Shown: piece after piece, positions 50,109 to 59,153 of the stretch | Position numbering within the stretch: position 1 is the first letter of the stretch | Layout: the number at the start of each line of letters is the position of its first letter | Origin: a virus | Virus record (IMG/VR): IMGVR_UViG_3300007514_000005 | Location: 8,009 to 72,008 of that record | Direction: 5' to 3' (one strand) | Length of the DNA: 64,000 bases | Program-made: the position numbers and the translations under genes | The notes under the pieces: generated by a model | The model's database searches: none | What the model saw: only the letters and a program-made list of their open reading frames with translations | What the model was told of the DNA's origin: nothing

Positions 50109-50225
50109 AGTATTTTAACGGCTATAATCACCGCGAGAGCAAGTTTGGCCACGCTCGCCATGCTTCTGAAAAGAGCCATCGTTCCCATGCGGTCTAGCGA
50201 CCACAATTCTACGCCATCCCATACA

Positions 50226-50477
50226 TCACGAGCCATTTTTACCGCCCGCATCGTGAGGACTGTGCTTGAGTAGCAAGTCGTCAATAGTAGTCGAATCCCA
50301 TTCTATAACGGTGAAAATTGTGCCGGACTGTAAATGCACTTCCAATGTCGCATCGGTTGTCTCCACTATACCGGACACATCACGGCGGTCAATCCATGCT
50401 ACGCCTGTCGCTGTCCGTAGAGGCATCGTCCAATAGGAATACTTGCGCTCTCCTGTATGCACTATGTCTCCCATCAA
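50226..50477 (-). CDS. Hypothetical protein
   Basis: ATGA-coupled. Confidence 0.55.
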   Translation of the reverse strand: MMGDIVHTGERKYSYWTMPLRTATGVAWIDRRDVSGIVETTDATLEVHLQSGTIFTVIEWDSTTIDDLLLKHSPHDAGGKNGS

Positions 50478-50659
50478 CGGACACCCCCTTCGTAGTCCTC
50501 TACTATCTTAGTGCAACGCTCCATCATGGCCTCGTGCCTGTCTGCTGTGCCGTGTCCTAAGTAGCCCATGCCCTTGTTCTCCGCAATCCATTTCTTACAG
50601 CGCTCATACAATTCGGTGCTTATCTTACCACCGAACCAACCATCATCTTCCGAAGTCAT
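50474..50659 (-). CDS. Hypothetical protein
   Basis: Promoter motif at 50675-50690 and GGAG RBS. Confidence 0.6.
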   Translation of the reverse strand: MTSEDDGWFGGKISTELYERCKKWIAENKGMGYLGHGTADRHEAMMERCTKIVEDYEGGVR

Positions 50660-50693
50660 ATCCTGCTCTCCTTGTATCCGCGTATAAACCCAA

Positions 50694-52136
50694 TCACTCT
50701 AGCGTGAAATCGTAATTTGCTATTAAGGTAATAATACCTCTCACGCGCTCCCTGAATATGCTTTCCGCTTTTTCAATTGCGTTCAGCAAGTCCGTTCTCG
50801 CTGTCTCAGCATTCTCGTAAGCCTCTTGAGCCGCCTCTAGTGTTGGTAAAGAGTCTATCAATGCTTGACGCCCTTCCGCTACGCGGTCGCCTTTCCACTC
50901 CCACTTCCAATTACCTATTTTTTGAAGCCAATCTTCGCTTACTGTGTCGTCACTAAGGAAAGCCTTAGCATCATCAAGCATCTCTTGGGTAATCATCTCA
51001 TTATCTTCTGTAAAGAAGTAGTGGGGGGCGTAATTGCTTTTTGCATTCCCCACGCCCCTTCTGAAATCTTGCGCGGTAGGTGCGTTCGCCACGCCCTCTT
51101 TGTATTCCCAACCGTATATCGTGCCTATATCGCTCGCATAGAAATTATGGTGCTCGTTGTCGGTCTCGTTGCACAGGCGCTCCTTGTATATGTCCTTGCA
51201 AACCTTGTTGCCCGCGAGACTTTTTATCAGGGCTATTTTTATCTGCTCCTTAGTCGGTTCTTCACTTTGCAATCTTGCTAGGCACTTTTCGGTCGCTTCG
51301 GTATTATGCTCAGCCGTGTATATGAAGCGTAGAACATTATTTATATTCGCTATACTTTCTTGGTTCGTGCTAAAGTGGTCTGCTTCTACCTTCCACTCGC
51401 TCTCCTTCCTTTGGAACAAGACCTCTAACAAATCGAAGTTAATCACTTGAGCGTTTGCTCTCTTGTTGTATTGTGCGTCAGAAGTGGTGTTAGGGTTTAG
51501 GTGCGTAGCCGCATAGGAATCCCATGACTGCCTCGTTGAATTGTTCGTGACGAATGCCGCGCCCATGCGCTCTAATGCCCGCACTCGGCCCGCGAATTTT
51601 AACACAAAGTCCGTATTCATTTGACCGTATCCACCTACTGTGTTTTCTACTGTGGCTATTAACTCGGCCATTTCCCAAAACCCTGACCTGTTTTGGTTGC
51701 CCGCCTTGCACAGCGTTCTCAAGGCATTGAAGTCACCACCTGAGACGGAAGTTATTTTTCTTATGTCCGTCCTTCGTGTTGAATGGTAGCCTTCCTTGTT
51801 GCCGTAGGTTAGGAGCATTGCCTTTGAAAGAGCCGACTGACCCTTTTCATCTCTAACACTCCACATACCCCACTCACTCTCGGTCTTGCTCGCCTTGACC
51901 TTGCGCATCCTTTCAGCCCACTCTTCGTCAGCGACAATCTCTTCCCAATTTTCGGGGTCATCCAAATCGCTACTATTTATAAGCCTGAAATATCTTGCAT
52001 CAATCTCATTCGGCTTCATCCAAAAACCGGAGCAATCAACATCTTGGTATCGCACCCCAACGCTGTATTCTGTCGCCGTGTATTTTTCATCACTACCGTA
52101 TTCTACGGGCTTCTCAATTATTCTTTTCAATATCAT
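50694..52136 (-). CDS. Hypothetical protein (480 aa)
   Basis: Long ORF, no recognisable motif. Confidence 0.75.
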   Translation of the reverse strand: MILKRIIEKPVEYGSDEKYTATEYSVGVRYQDVDCSGFWMKPNEIDARYFRLINSSDLDDPENWEEIVADEEWAERMRKVKASKTESEWGMWSVRDEKGQSALSKAMLLTYGNKEGYHSTRRTDIRKITSVSGGDFNALRTLCKAGNQNRSGFWEMAELIATVENTVGGYGQMNTDFVLKFAGRVRALERMGAAFVTNNSTRQSWDSYAATHLNPNTTSDAQYNKRANAQVINFDLLEVLFQRKESEWKVEADHFSTNQESIANINNVLRFIYTAEHNTEATEKCLARLQSEEPTKEQIKIALIKSLAGNKVCKDIYKERLCNETDNEHHNFYASDIGTIYGWEYKEGVANAPTAQDFRRGVGNAKSNYAPHYFFTEDNEMITQEMLDDAKAFLSDDTVSEDWLQKIGNWKWEWKGDRVAEGRQALIDSLPTLEAAQEAYENAETARTDLLNAIEKAESIFRERVRGIITLIANYDFTLE

Positions 52137-52553
52137 TTACTCTTCCCCCTTAGAAATCTCAAATGTCTCTTCCCAATCGTATTTACAAAATTCAATCCAC
52201 TCTTCAAGAGTGAAGTGCTTATTCTCATCCCTATTGTTCTCTAGGTCTCCCTCTAGTGCGTCTAGTGAGCCTCGCATACTTTCTATCAGGGTTATAATTG
52301 GTAATTTCGCAGTCAATTGGCCCTCGTTCATATACATCGTGTATTGCGTTTTCATGGACTCCCAATGCTTGCGGTCGTAAATACTATACCACTTCGTGCC
52401 GTTAGTCTTTTTACCGTCTGTGCCTAGTATGTATGCCTTCCACAATTCTATTCCATTATCTTGGTATTGTTTGCTCTCAATAACTATTTTTTTGTTGTTG
52501 TGTCTGTTATAGTATATCTCACCCACAACCCACTCTTCTTTCTCGTTGCTCAT
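52137..52553 (-). CDS. Hypothetical protein
   Basis: Start MSNEK with GGTGG RBS and promoter at 52574-52606. Confidence 0.6.
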   Translation of the reverse strand: MSNEKEEWVVGEIYYNRHNNKKIVIESKQYQDNGIELWKAYILGTDGKKTNGTKWYSIYDRKHWESMKTQYTMYMNEGQLTAKLPIITLIESMRGSLDALEGDLENNRDENKHFTLEEWIEFCKYDWEETFEISKGEE

Positions 52554-52607
52554 ATTTCTTCCACCTTTTCTATCGTTTATTAACTTTTTTTTTCGACCAC
52601 GCAAGCA

Positions 52608-53317
52608 TCATCTTGTCTTAATGCCGCCCCCGCGTCCTCTATTGTTATACTTCGTTAGGCACGGGTCACATAGCCATGCTACCATGCCGCTTGCATTACG
52701 CACCATCCTCAAAGGCACGCCTTGTGCTTCGCACACAGGGCAATTACCTAGTCTGAATAAAATGTCTTCACTCATTTTTTTTAGCCCCCCCATTGAATTA
52801 GTCTAGCATTTATCACCGTTATATTACAGGGGTCACAACATCGTCCTTCCTGTGCAATCGGGTCGGGGTTGTGTCCATAACCTACTATGGCCTCTCCACA
52901 TATCACACACTCGTCACTCATGCTCTCAATCCTCAATCGTCTTGAACCACTCTTCTCGGTGGGGGTTCTTGGGCCACACTCCGGTTGCTCCACACGAGTA
53001 GCACCTAACACCGACCTCAGAAGGTTCGGGGTCAGGCGTCTCGCAGGTGCAAGTGTATGTCGTCATAACTCCACGAAATTCAAATTTTATTTTACCCGTC
53101 ATATTATTCACCTCAAGGCATCCTCAATCTCTTGCATTTCATTTTCTATCTGCTCAAGAGTCTCGCCCCACTCCATCTCGGCATGGTGGCTACCCTCTAT
53201 ACCGTAGGGAAGGTCTATGTCTTGCATCGTGTAAAGCAAGGTCTCTACTCCTTCCTTAGCCGTCTCTAACTCAGCGTAGCGGTCAGCAAGCGCCCTAATG
53301 TCGTCAGCAAAAGTCAT
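52608..53317 (-). other. Run of four tiny ORFs (52608..52793, 52781..~52922, 52926..53111, 53108..53317), three with CxxC Zn ribbons
   Basis: Closely packed ORFs with CPVC/CDPC, CVIC/CDPC and CTC/CYSC motifs. Confidence 0.55.
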
Positions 53318-53453
53318 TCATACACCACCTCAAATTCAGAAAGCGCCACGCAATAACGGGGAACAACAAGCCCATGACCTAGCAAAAAGTCACGAATCGT
53401 TTTTCTACCTTCTTCGTCATGTTTGCTAACATCAATTAGTATGTATTCGCCCA

Positions 53454-53762
53454 TCAGTAATCCCCCCAATCTTCTTCGTCTTCCGCGTCCTCGTCCTCTA
53501 TCCCGAACAGGTCGTAAATGTCCTCTTCATCGTAGAACGGGTCGTCCTCAATCTCTAACCAATCGTCCTCATTGGGGTTGCCTTCTGTCTCAGGAATAAT
53601 CCCCTGTCGGTATAACTCCTGCTTCTCTTCCTCGCTGTCTCTAATGGTCTTCCTACCGCGACACTCAGGGCATAGTCTAGCCCTTCCTGTCGGTGTGTAG
53701 AATTCATCACTACACGACAAACAATACTTCCATGTGCCTGTGTCCTCTTCGCTGTGTTCCAT
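53454..53762 (-). CDS. Zn-finger protein with very acidic tail
   Basis: CLSC...CPEC; D/E-rich C-terminus; own promoter. Confidence 0.65.
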   Translation of the reverse strand: MEHSEEDTGTWKYCLSCSDEFYTPTGRARLCPECRGRKTIRDSEEEKQELYRQGIIPETEGNPNEDDWLEIEDDPFYDEEDIYDLFGIEDEDAEDEEDWGDY

Positions 53763-53996
53763 ATTTATTGCTCCTATCCGTGCTACTTAAACCTTAGTAA
53801 TCGCCCACGCAAGCACCACGCTCCGGTGCGAGCGTAGGGGAGATTGTATGAACCCACAACAGTCCTCAATGGGCGGGGTTCAGCCACTCCCCCACACCCG
53901 ACTTTAGGAATGTGCGGCTGAGCCGCCCATCGAGCGTAGGTCGGGGTGAGGGTTCTAACCCCCACCCCGTTTGCGTTTTTTTAGGCCTATACTTTT

Positions 53997-54974
53997 TCAG
54001 GCCACCGTCCTTGCTACTGCGTCTGCCCATGCGCGTGTCTTAATGCGCTGTCCTGTGCCTACTATTGCACTCTCGGCCCTCTTCTCATTGACCTTACCAT
54101 CCTTCGTGGTAATCCAATCGTGGTCTATGTAGTCGCTCACGACATTCATTGCCGCCCAAAGCGTGCCTTCCATGTCGCCGACCTTGTTCTGAGGCTCGTC
54201 CTCAAGTGCTATAACGCGGTTTAGTATGTTGTTGCCGCGTGTAGCAAGTCCGTGTGGGTTGTTCTTTGAAATCAATTCTTCGTTGGTCTGAATCGGCAGG
54301 TGCTCAAGGTAGAATTCTACCCTCTCGCCAATATCCATTTCTACTTCCATCATGTTCTGAGCGTCCTTAGCCCAATCGTCTAGCATGGTGTTAGTCATGT
54401 TAATGGCCTTCATCATTTCCTCAATCGCCTCATCCATGTTTGAGGTGTGGCGAATTGTGAAAATTCCGTTGCTTCTGCGTGCCTGACCCATTACCATGTT
54501 CAATTGGTTGCCGCAAGCCATCCTCATTGTTGAGGGAATCACGCGAATACCGCTTGACCCGTCATGGCTGTTCATTAGCGTCATGTAGCCCTGCACAGGC
54601 TCGTTGCCGTTAATCAGAATCTCGTCCGGTAGGGCAAGGTTGAACCATGCCTTTGCGCCGTTATCTATTACGCCTACTTTTAGCCACTCTAGGTTGCCTG
54701 TCTGTGTTAGTCTGTGGGCCAATTCTGCAACATCTTGGTGTTGCTTCACATGGTATGACTTGCCTACTACTCCTAGACACTCGTTGGTGTCGTCTCGGAA
54801 TACTCCGCGCTGTCGTGCTGTTAGCATCTCACCGCGCTTATCGTAGAGCGGTTCAATAACCGCATCCCAAGTCAAGCCCGCATTCTTACAGACTTCTTCT
54901 GCTGTCTCTCCTAGCGCTTCATCCCCGAAGGAACCCCACGCCTCTTGTCTAATTCTGTTCGTCATTTTCTTCAC
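53997..54974 (-). CDS. DUF932 family phage/plasmid protein
   Basis: AGL-x-W, R-x-DT...LGVVG-x-x-Y, NSHDGS, R-x-x-C-x-N, RHT, GTLWAA-x-N. Confidence 0.88.
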   Translation of the reverse strand: MKKMTNRIRQEAWGSFGDEALGETAEEVCKNAGLTWDAVIEPLYDKRGEMLTARQRGVFRDDTNECLGVVGKSYHVKQHQDVAELAHRLTQTGNLEWLKVGVIDNGAKAWFNLALPDEILINGNEPVQGYMTLMNSHDGSSGIRVIPSTMRMACGNQLNMVMGQARRSNGIFTIRHTSNMDEAIEEMMKAINMTNTMLDDWAKDAQNMMEVEMDIGERVEFYLEHLPIQTNEELISKNNPHGLATRGNNILNRVIALEDEPQNKVGDMEGTLWAAMNVVSDYIDHDWITTKDGKVNEKRAESAIVGTGQRIKTRAWADAVARTVA

Positions 54975-55060
54975 TTCTCCTGTTCCGGCTCTTTGTTGTC
55001 GCCGTTATTTGCTCCATCGAACACCCGCATATAACTGTGTCGAAACGACCACGCAAGCAC

Positions 55061-55525
55061 TCAGACCCACCCCTGCTCAATCGCAAACAACAGGTGGTGA
55101 GAGACCCATAGCCCTGAGTCCTCAATCTCGGTCGGGCATATCCATATCATGTCGTCATGCTCTTCCGAGAGCACGACCTTAGACACATCAAGCCCAACGA
55201 ATTCAATGAAGTAGTATTGCTTATCCATCTCTTTGTCTATGTGGAATCCCAATTCTTTAGCGGGCATAGAAGCGGTGAGTCCTGTCTCTTCTTCTAACTC
55301 AATTATGGCGCATTCCATTGGTGTCTCTCCTTCCTCTAATTTGCCCCCTGCTAATTCGTAGAGGCCAATACAGGAAGTCTCCATAGGCGAGCGCCGGAGT
55401 AGGAGAATACGGCCCTCAGCATCACGCACAACGCACCCTGCCGCTTTCCTCACTAATCCCACCCCCTTGCTTTCAATTCCTTGTGTATCTCTCTTCCTCT
55501 TACGCGCGCGTGAGGGCTGACCCAC
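55061..55525 (-). CDS. Nudix hydrolase (MutT-like)
   Basis: Nudix box GGKLEEGETPMECAIIELEEETG; LSEEH. Confidence 0.9.
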   Translation of the reverse strand: MGQPSRARKRKRDTQGIESKGVGLVRKAAGCVVRDAEGRILLLRRSPMETSCIGLYELAGGKLEEGETPMECAIIELEEETGLTASMPAKELGFHIDKEMDKQYYFIEFVGLDVSKVVLSEEHDDMIWICPTEIEDSGLWVSHHLLFAIEQGWV

Positions 55526-55638
55526 TCAATGAGGTAGTTATCCTCATCTATGAGTCTGAGCACTAAGCACGCGGCTAATTCGCGCACTAGGTTCAATCTT
55601 TCTTCGGGCATCTCCGGTGTATGTGTATCTTCTACCAT
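55453..55638 (-). CDS. Small hypothetical protein
   Basis: ORF track; overlaps the Nudix 5' end, so boundaries are uncertain. Confidence 0.35.
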   Translation of the reverse strand: MVEDTHTPEMPEERLNLVRELAACLVLRLIDEDNYLIEWVSPHARVRGREIHKELKARGWD

Positions 55639-55936
55639 CTAGGCCTGTATTCGTGAATCGAGGACTTTCGAATGTCCATTTCGGACATTCGATTTTCCAC
55701 AGAATTTTTGCCTCTATCTTTCTTCTACGCGCACGCGCGAGGCGGCGGTGCAACGGGCATCCCCCTATAAACCTGCCGCAAACCCCCCAAATTAGCCCAA
55801 AAACGGCATTTGTAGCCAACAAAAACGACCACGCAAGCCCAAAATCGCTAGAAGGGGTCATAGAGCCATTTGTTTGCAAAACAGGTCATTACCTACCTGC
55901 GACCCCCTCTCGTGGCTATATATACGCTTAGAGACC

Positions 55937-56073
55937 ATTTGTAGCAAAGGCGATTTGTAGCAAGAGGATTTGTAGCGAACAGAAAAAAATTGTAGCGAAG
56001 AGATTTGTAGCCATGAAAATTTGTAGTGAAGAAATTTGTAGCCTTGAAAATTGTAGCCAACAAAATTTGTAGC
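55937..56073. repeat. Nine tandem direct half-sites A(T/A)TTGTAG(C/T) at 15-16-bp period
   Basis: Copies at 55937, 55953, 55968, 55988, 56003, 56019, 56034, 56049, 56065. Confidence 0.95.
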
Positions 56074-56164
56074 CACCGGACGCGGGCGCGCGGGCGCGCT
56101 TCGCTACAAATTGGTGCTTGAGAGGGCGAATCGGAAGGTTTATTAACTACCCCTATGTCTCACA

Positions 56165-56575
56165 ATTTGCCGCTCCTGTGGAGTGGTGTGCGTGACGGCG
56201 CGCGGGTATTGGTTGCTCGGAGACGGGTAGCCGTGTTGAGTCGGAGTCTAACGGGGAGACTCGGTAGTAGGGGAGTCGGGAGACGACCCGCGCTTAGGCA
56301 ATCTAACCGAGAAGAAAGTAAGACAACGCACTTCCGAACGGGAGCGGTGATTTGAGTAGGACTTGAAAGGATTACACTCGGCTGAAAAAGGGAATAGAGC
56401 CTACTCAATGATTGAGGGCAGGTCTGCTTCGGCGGACTTCGGTAGCACCGCACGCAGGGAAGGACTGCGCCCACCTTACGAGGACGCCTACGAGCCTTCA
56501 CCACTATATGATGCGTGATGCGCCGAGACACGGAAGTTAGAGGCTCGCGCCTTCGTCCGAGAACCAATATCCAAA
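56165..56575 (+). ncRNA. Candidate large structured ncRNA 1 (~410 nt)
   Basis: Promoter ATCGGAAGGTTTATT at ~56130; helices 56170-79/56338-47, 56204-21/56556-72, 56352-60/56400-08; UUCG hairpin 56421-36; no credible ORF. Confidence 0.7.
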
Positions 56576-56591
56576 TTTAACGGTGAAAGAA

Positions 56592-57020
56592 TCAAGCGCA
56601 CTTCGCGCAGACTACTCTCATTGGGTTGCTCGTAATATCCGCTTGCTTTACTTTTCTAGCGGTTGTCGCGGGTGCATTTTCGTTGCACCCAACACATACG
56701 CCTGTGCTACCGCGTAGCATCATCATAACAGGCGCGGCCTGAATGAATCCGGTCAAGTCAATTACTTTCACGGGTGTAGGAATGTTCTCTTTTCGGAGCA
56801 AGCGCCGCATCTTGTTGAGTCGGTGGTTCTCGCAGGTCGTTTTATGGCTTCGGCCTTTTATCGCTCCACAGCATTCGTGCCTCTCTCGTCCTTCCGAGAA
56901 TCGCCCGTTGCTTTTTCCGGTGCGTGCCTTGCTCTCGCCTGTGGCCTTGCCGCCCTTGCGACCTGCCGCTTGCTTTTGCTTGTCTGTGGCCTTGAATGTG
57001 CCGTCCTCATACCTGCGCAT
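56592..57020 (-). CDS. Basic protein with KGG motif and Cys/His clusters
   Basis: Start placed at 57020, just after the cassette-type promoter GACCGACAGGTTCATAAG (57060-57043); AAGRKGGKATG, CCG...H...C, CVGC...CAKC. Confidence 0.7.
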   Translation of the reverse strand: MRRYEDGTFKATDKQKQAAGRKGGKATGESKARTGKSNGRFSEGRERHECCGAIKGRSHKTTCENHRLNKMRRLLRKENIPTPVKVIDLTGFIQAAPVMMMLRGSTGVCVGCNENAPATTARKVKQADITSNPMRVVCAKCA

Positions 57021-57098
57021 AATAGGGTCACGCGGGCATTTGCTTATGAACCTGTCGGTCATCGAAAGGTTTAAGTGCAAACGCCTCTCCCCTCAATT

Positions 57099-57475
57099 TG
57101 TAAGTCGGCGGGGAACTGAACACTCCCTGCCTTGAAGCCATCGAGAACGCATGAGTGCATACGAGCGCCCTTCGGGGAAGCGACATGACGCAAGGCCCAA
57201 TGGCGGGTCGCGTGGAGACAACCAAATAGGGGGAATCTGCGAGCGAGTTAGGACTACCCTATCGGTGGCGAGGCAAAAGGGAGCGAAATAACGAAAGCCG
57301 TGAAGACGAACCGCACCTGCCTTGAGATGGGTTAGCGCCCATCTCTCGTAGGTTGCCCTCAACGGGGGTGAAGGTCGGGGTTGTTCAACCCGTCAGACTT
57401 GGTGCGAAAAGACCCGTCTCGGTCTCGCCCACCTTGCGGAAGGGTGGAGAACAGGAGCGAGGCGGGCAACCCATT
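57099..57475 (+). ncRNA. Candidate large structured ncRNA 2 (~380 nt)
   Basis: Promoter ATCGAAAGGTTTAA at 57061; AAGTCGGCGGG (57102) pairs with CCCGTCAGACTT (57389-57400); hairpins CCC-TTCG-GGG, GAGATGGG/CCCATCTC, CCACCTT/AGGGTGG. Confidence 0.6.
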
Positions 57476-57916
57476 ACTAATAAAGGTAAAAGAACCGCGC
57501 AGAAATTGTAGCAAGGACAAAAAGTGCGTGGGGATTTGTAGCCATGAGAATGTAGGCCCGCCAATTTGTAGCGAGCGGCGGGAGACAGGGGGTTAATAAA
57601 CCTTTTCTTTTAGGGGTAATTTGTAGCACACTCGGTGTGCCGCAAAACACCTACCCTGCATATCACACTAAGTGCATTTTCTACACCTACTTTCAAATTT
57701 GTAGCAAGTTTTTTTCACGCACCGGATAAAATTTGTAGCAAAGACTTTTTTGCGCGCGCAAAAATTTGTAGCAAAGGGCGAAAAACCGCCAAAACACTAC
57801 AAATTTGTAGCAAAGAGGCCTTTTTCTCATATATAAACAAAATTGGCTACAAATTTGTAGCAAAGGGGGGAATAAGCCACCGACAGGTTCATATAGGCAC
57901 ACCCTGTCCGCTAAAC

Positions 57917-58195
57917 ATGGACTACCACAAGATAGAGCCGGAACAAAGCGAGCAAATGAAGAAATTGCAAGCGATAGAGGATGCGGGAGAGTGTGCGAGC
58001 CTGACTTGCATAGAACACTTCTGTATGGTATGCGCGCGTAAAGGAATTGTAGGGCGTATAGTAAAGGGATGGAGAATTTGCGAAGCAAGCAAACTCTACA
58101 AGGCGCAATTACACATTGTTGCCGACTGTGAAAACTGCGGTGAGATTATGCACTTCAATTGGATAGACCGAGACAAGATTGAGGGGGGGTATTAA
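57917..58195 (+). CDS. Cassette ORF, Zn-binding (92 aa)
   Basis: Start after promoter CGACAGGTTCATATA; CMVC...CENC; the ORF-track upstream extension runs through repeats. Confidence 0.7.
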   Translation: MDYHKIEPEQSEQMKKLQAIEDAGECASLTCIEHFCMVCARKGIVGRIVKGWRICEASKLYKAQLHIVADCENCGEIMHFNWIDRDKIEGGY

Positions 58196-58200
58196 ATACT

Positions 58201-58320
58201 ATGACTGAGTGCGAAGAGTGTGGAAAAAAGGCGACCGTGAAAACATGGAGCATGGGAGACGAGATTTACATTGAGGTTTGTTGCGTGTATTGCAACCTGA
58301 CCGCCGCCTACGGTCTTTAG
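58201..58320 (+). CDS. Cassette ORF, Zn ribbon (39 aa)
   Basis: MTECEECGKKATVKTWSMGDEIYIEVCCVYCNLTAAYGL*, followed by a T-run. Confidence 0.65.
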   Translation: MTECEECGKKATVKTWSMGDEIYIEVCCVYCNLTAAYGL

Positions 58321-58451
58321 TTTTTTAGGGCGCAAAGAAATTTGTAGCAAACGCTTTTTCAACAGGGGGGATAACACACGCTACAAATTTGTAGCAAAGG
58401 GAAGAATGGAAGAGCGACAGGTTCATAAGGGCAAGCCTCTTCGGTCTAATC

Positions 58452-58631
58452 ATGCTAACAAGGAAGCATTACCAAAAGATTGCCGCCGCTATTGCGGCAG
58501 TTGATGACCCACAAGAGAAAGCCACAGCATATATGACGGTGATAGATATGTGCCGAGAGTCGAACCCAAGATTTGACGAGGACAAGTTTTGGGATGCGTG
58601 CGACTTCCCTGACGGGTTCAGGATTGAGTGA
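58452..58631 (+). CDS. Cassette ORF, small phage protein of the M-x-TRK-x-Y...NPRFD-x-x-x-F-x-x-AC type (59 aa)
   Basis: Hand translation; promoter CGACAGGTTCATAAGGG at ~58414. Confidence 0.75.
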   Translation: MLTRKHYQKIAAAIAAVDDPQEKATAYMTVIDMCRESNPRFDEDKFWDACDFPDGFRIE

Positions 58632-58632
58632 G

Positions 58633-58764
58633 ATGAGAGCGCCAACCTACGAAGAGTTTAAGGCCCACATTTGGCCCGCTTGGAGTGAGAAGGGGCAGAC
58701 CGAGCACGAGTGCGAAGAGGCCTACCTGTGGTTCATTCGCGGGCGCAGGTCTGTGAGGTGGTAA
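58633..58764 (+). CDS. Cassette ORF (43 aa)
   Basis: MRAPTYEEFKAHIW...; followed by a hairpin plus T-tract. Confidence 0.6.
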   Translation: MRAPTYEEFKAHIWPAWSEKGQTEHECEEAYLWFIRGRRSVRW

Positions 58765-58919
58765 GCGGGGGCGTTGCCCCCCTTCCCCTTTTTTCTATAC
58801 TCCTGAAAAATTTGTAGCAAAGAGGGCGTGAGGCGGTTGTGCCGTAGGCTACAAATTTGTAGCGAAGAGAAGAATGCTTGACCGACAGGTTGATAAGGGG
58901 AGAGCGAGTGGAGTAAAAT

Positions 58920-59153
58920 ATGGCGACAGTCATTGAGGACGAACAACCGGAAGGAATTATAGAAGCGAAGATGGGCAAGCAGGATAGCCTGTGGGTAGAT
59001 ACCCCACGCGGTCTCCTGCACATATTCGTGCGTGGAGACGGCACATGGAAGATGACCGCATGGAACAGCGGCGGTAAGAATGCACCCAAGATTACTAAGA
59101 GGAAGAAGAAGGGGCGCACCTACTACCACCTAAGCCAAGTCTTGAACGAGTGA
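58920..59153 (+). CDS. Cassette ORF (77 aa)
   Basis: Promoter GACCGACAGGTTGATAAG at 58880; downstream GGGGC-GAAA-GCCCC terminator-like hairpin. Confidence 0.75.
   Translation: MATVIEDEQPEGIIEAKMGKQDSLWVDTPRGLLHIFVRGDGTWKMTAWNSGGKNAPKITKRKKKGRTYYHLSQVLNE

Larger units (their letters stand above)
32476..55058 (-). promoter_or_regulatory. Recurring promoter motif AGGTTTATATGCGGATAG (dispersed; + strand copies at 32476, 37148, 40165, 41303, 41716, 46771, 50675, ~53774, 55024)
   Basis: CTATCCGCATATAAACC-like copies sit just upstream of - strand gene starts and contain a TATA box. Confidence 0.8.

Noticed and set aside
41081-53893. 12-nt complementarity (AGCCACTCCCCC) between the 53.9-kb structured element and the RFC leader
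   Set aside because: 12-mer matches are expected many times by chance in 64 kb.
982-54859. Numerous short antisense ORFs inside long genes
   Set aside because: Shadow frames of well-supported genes on the opposite strand, with no RBS or motif support.
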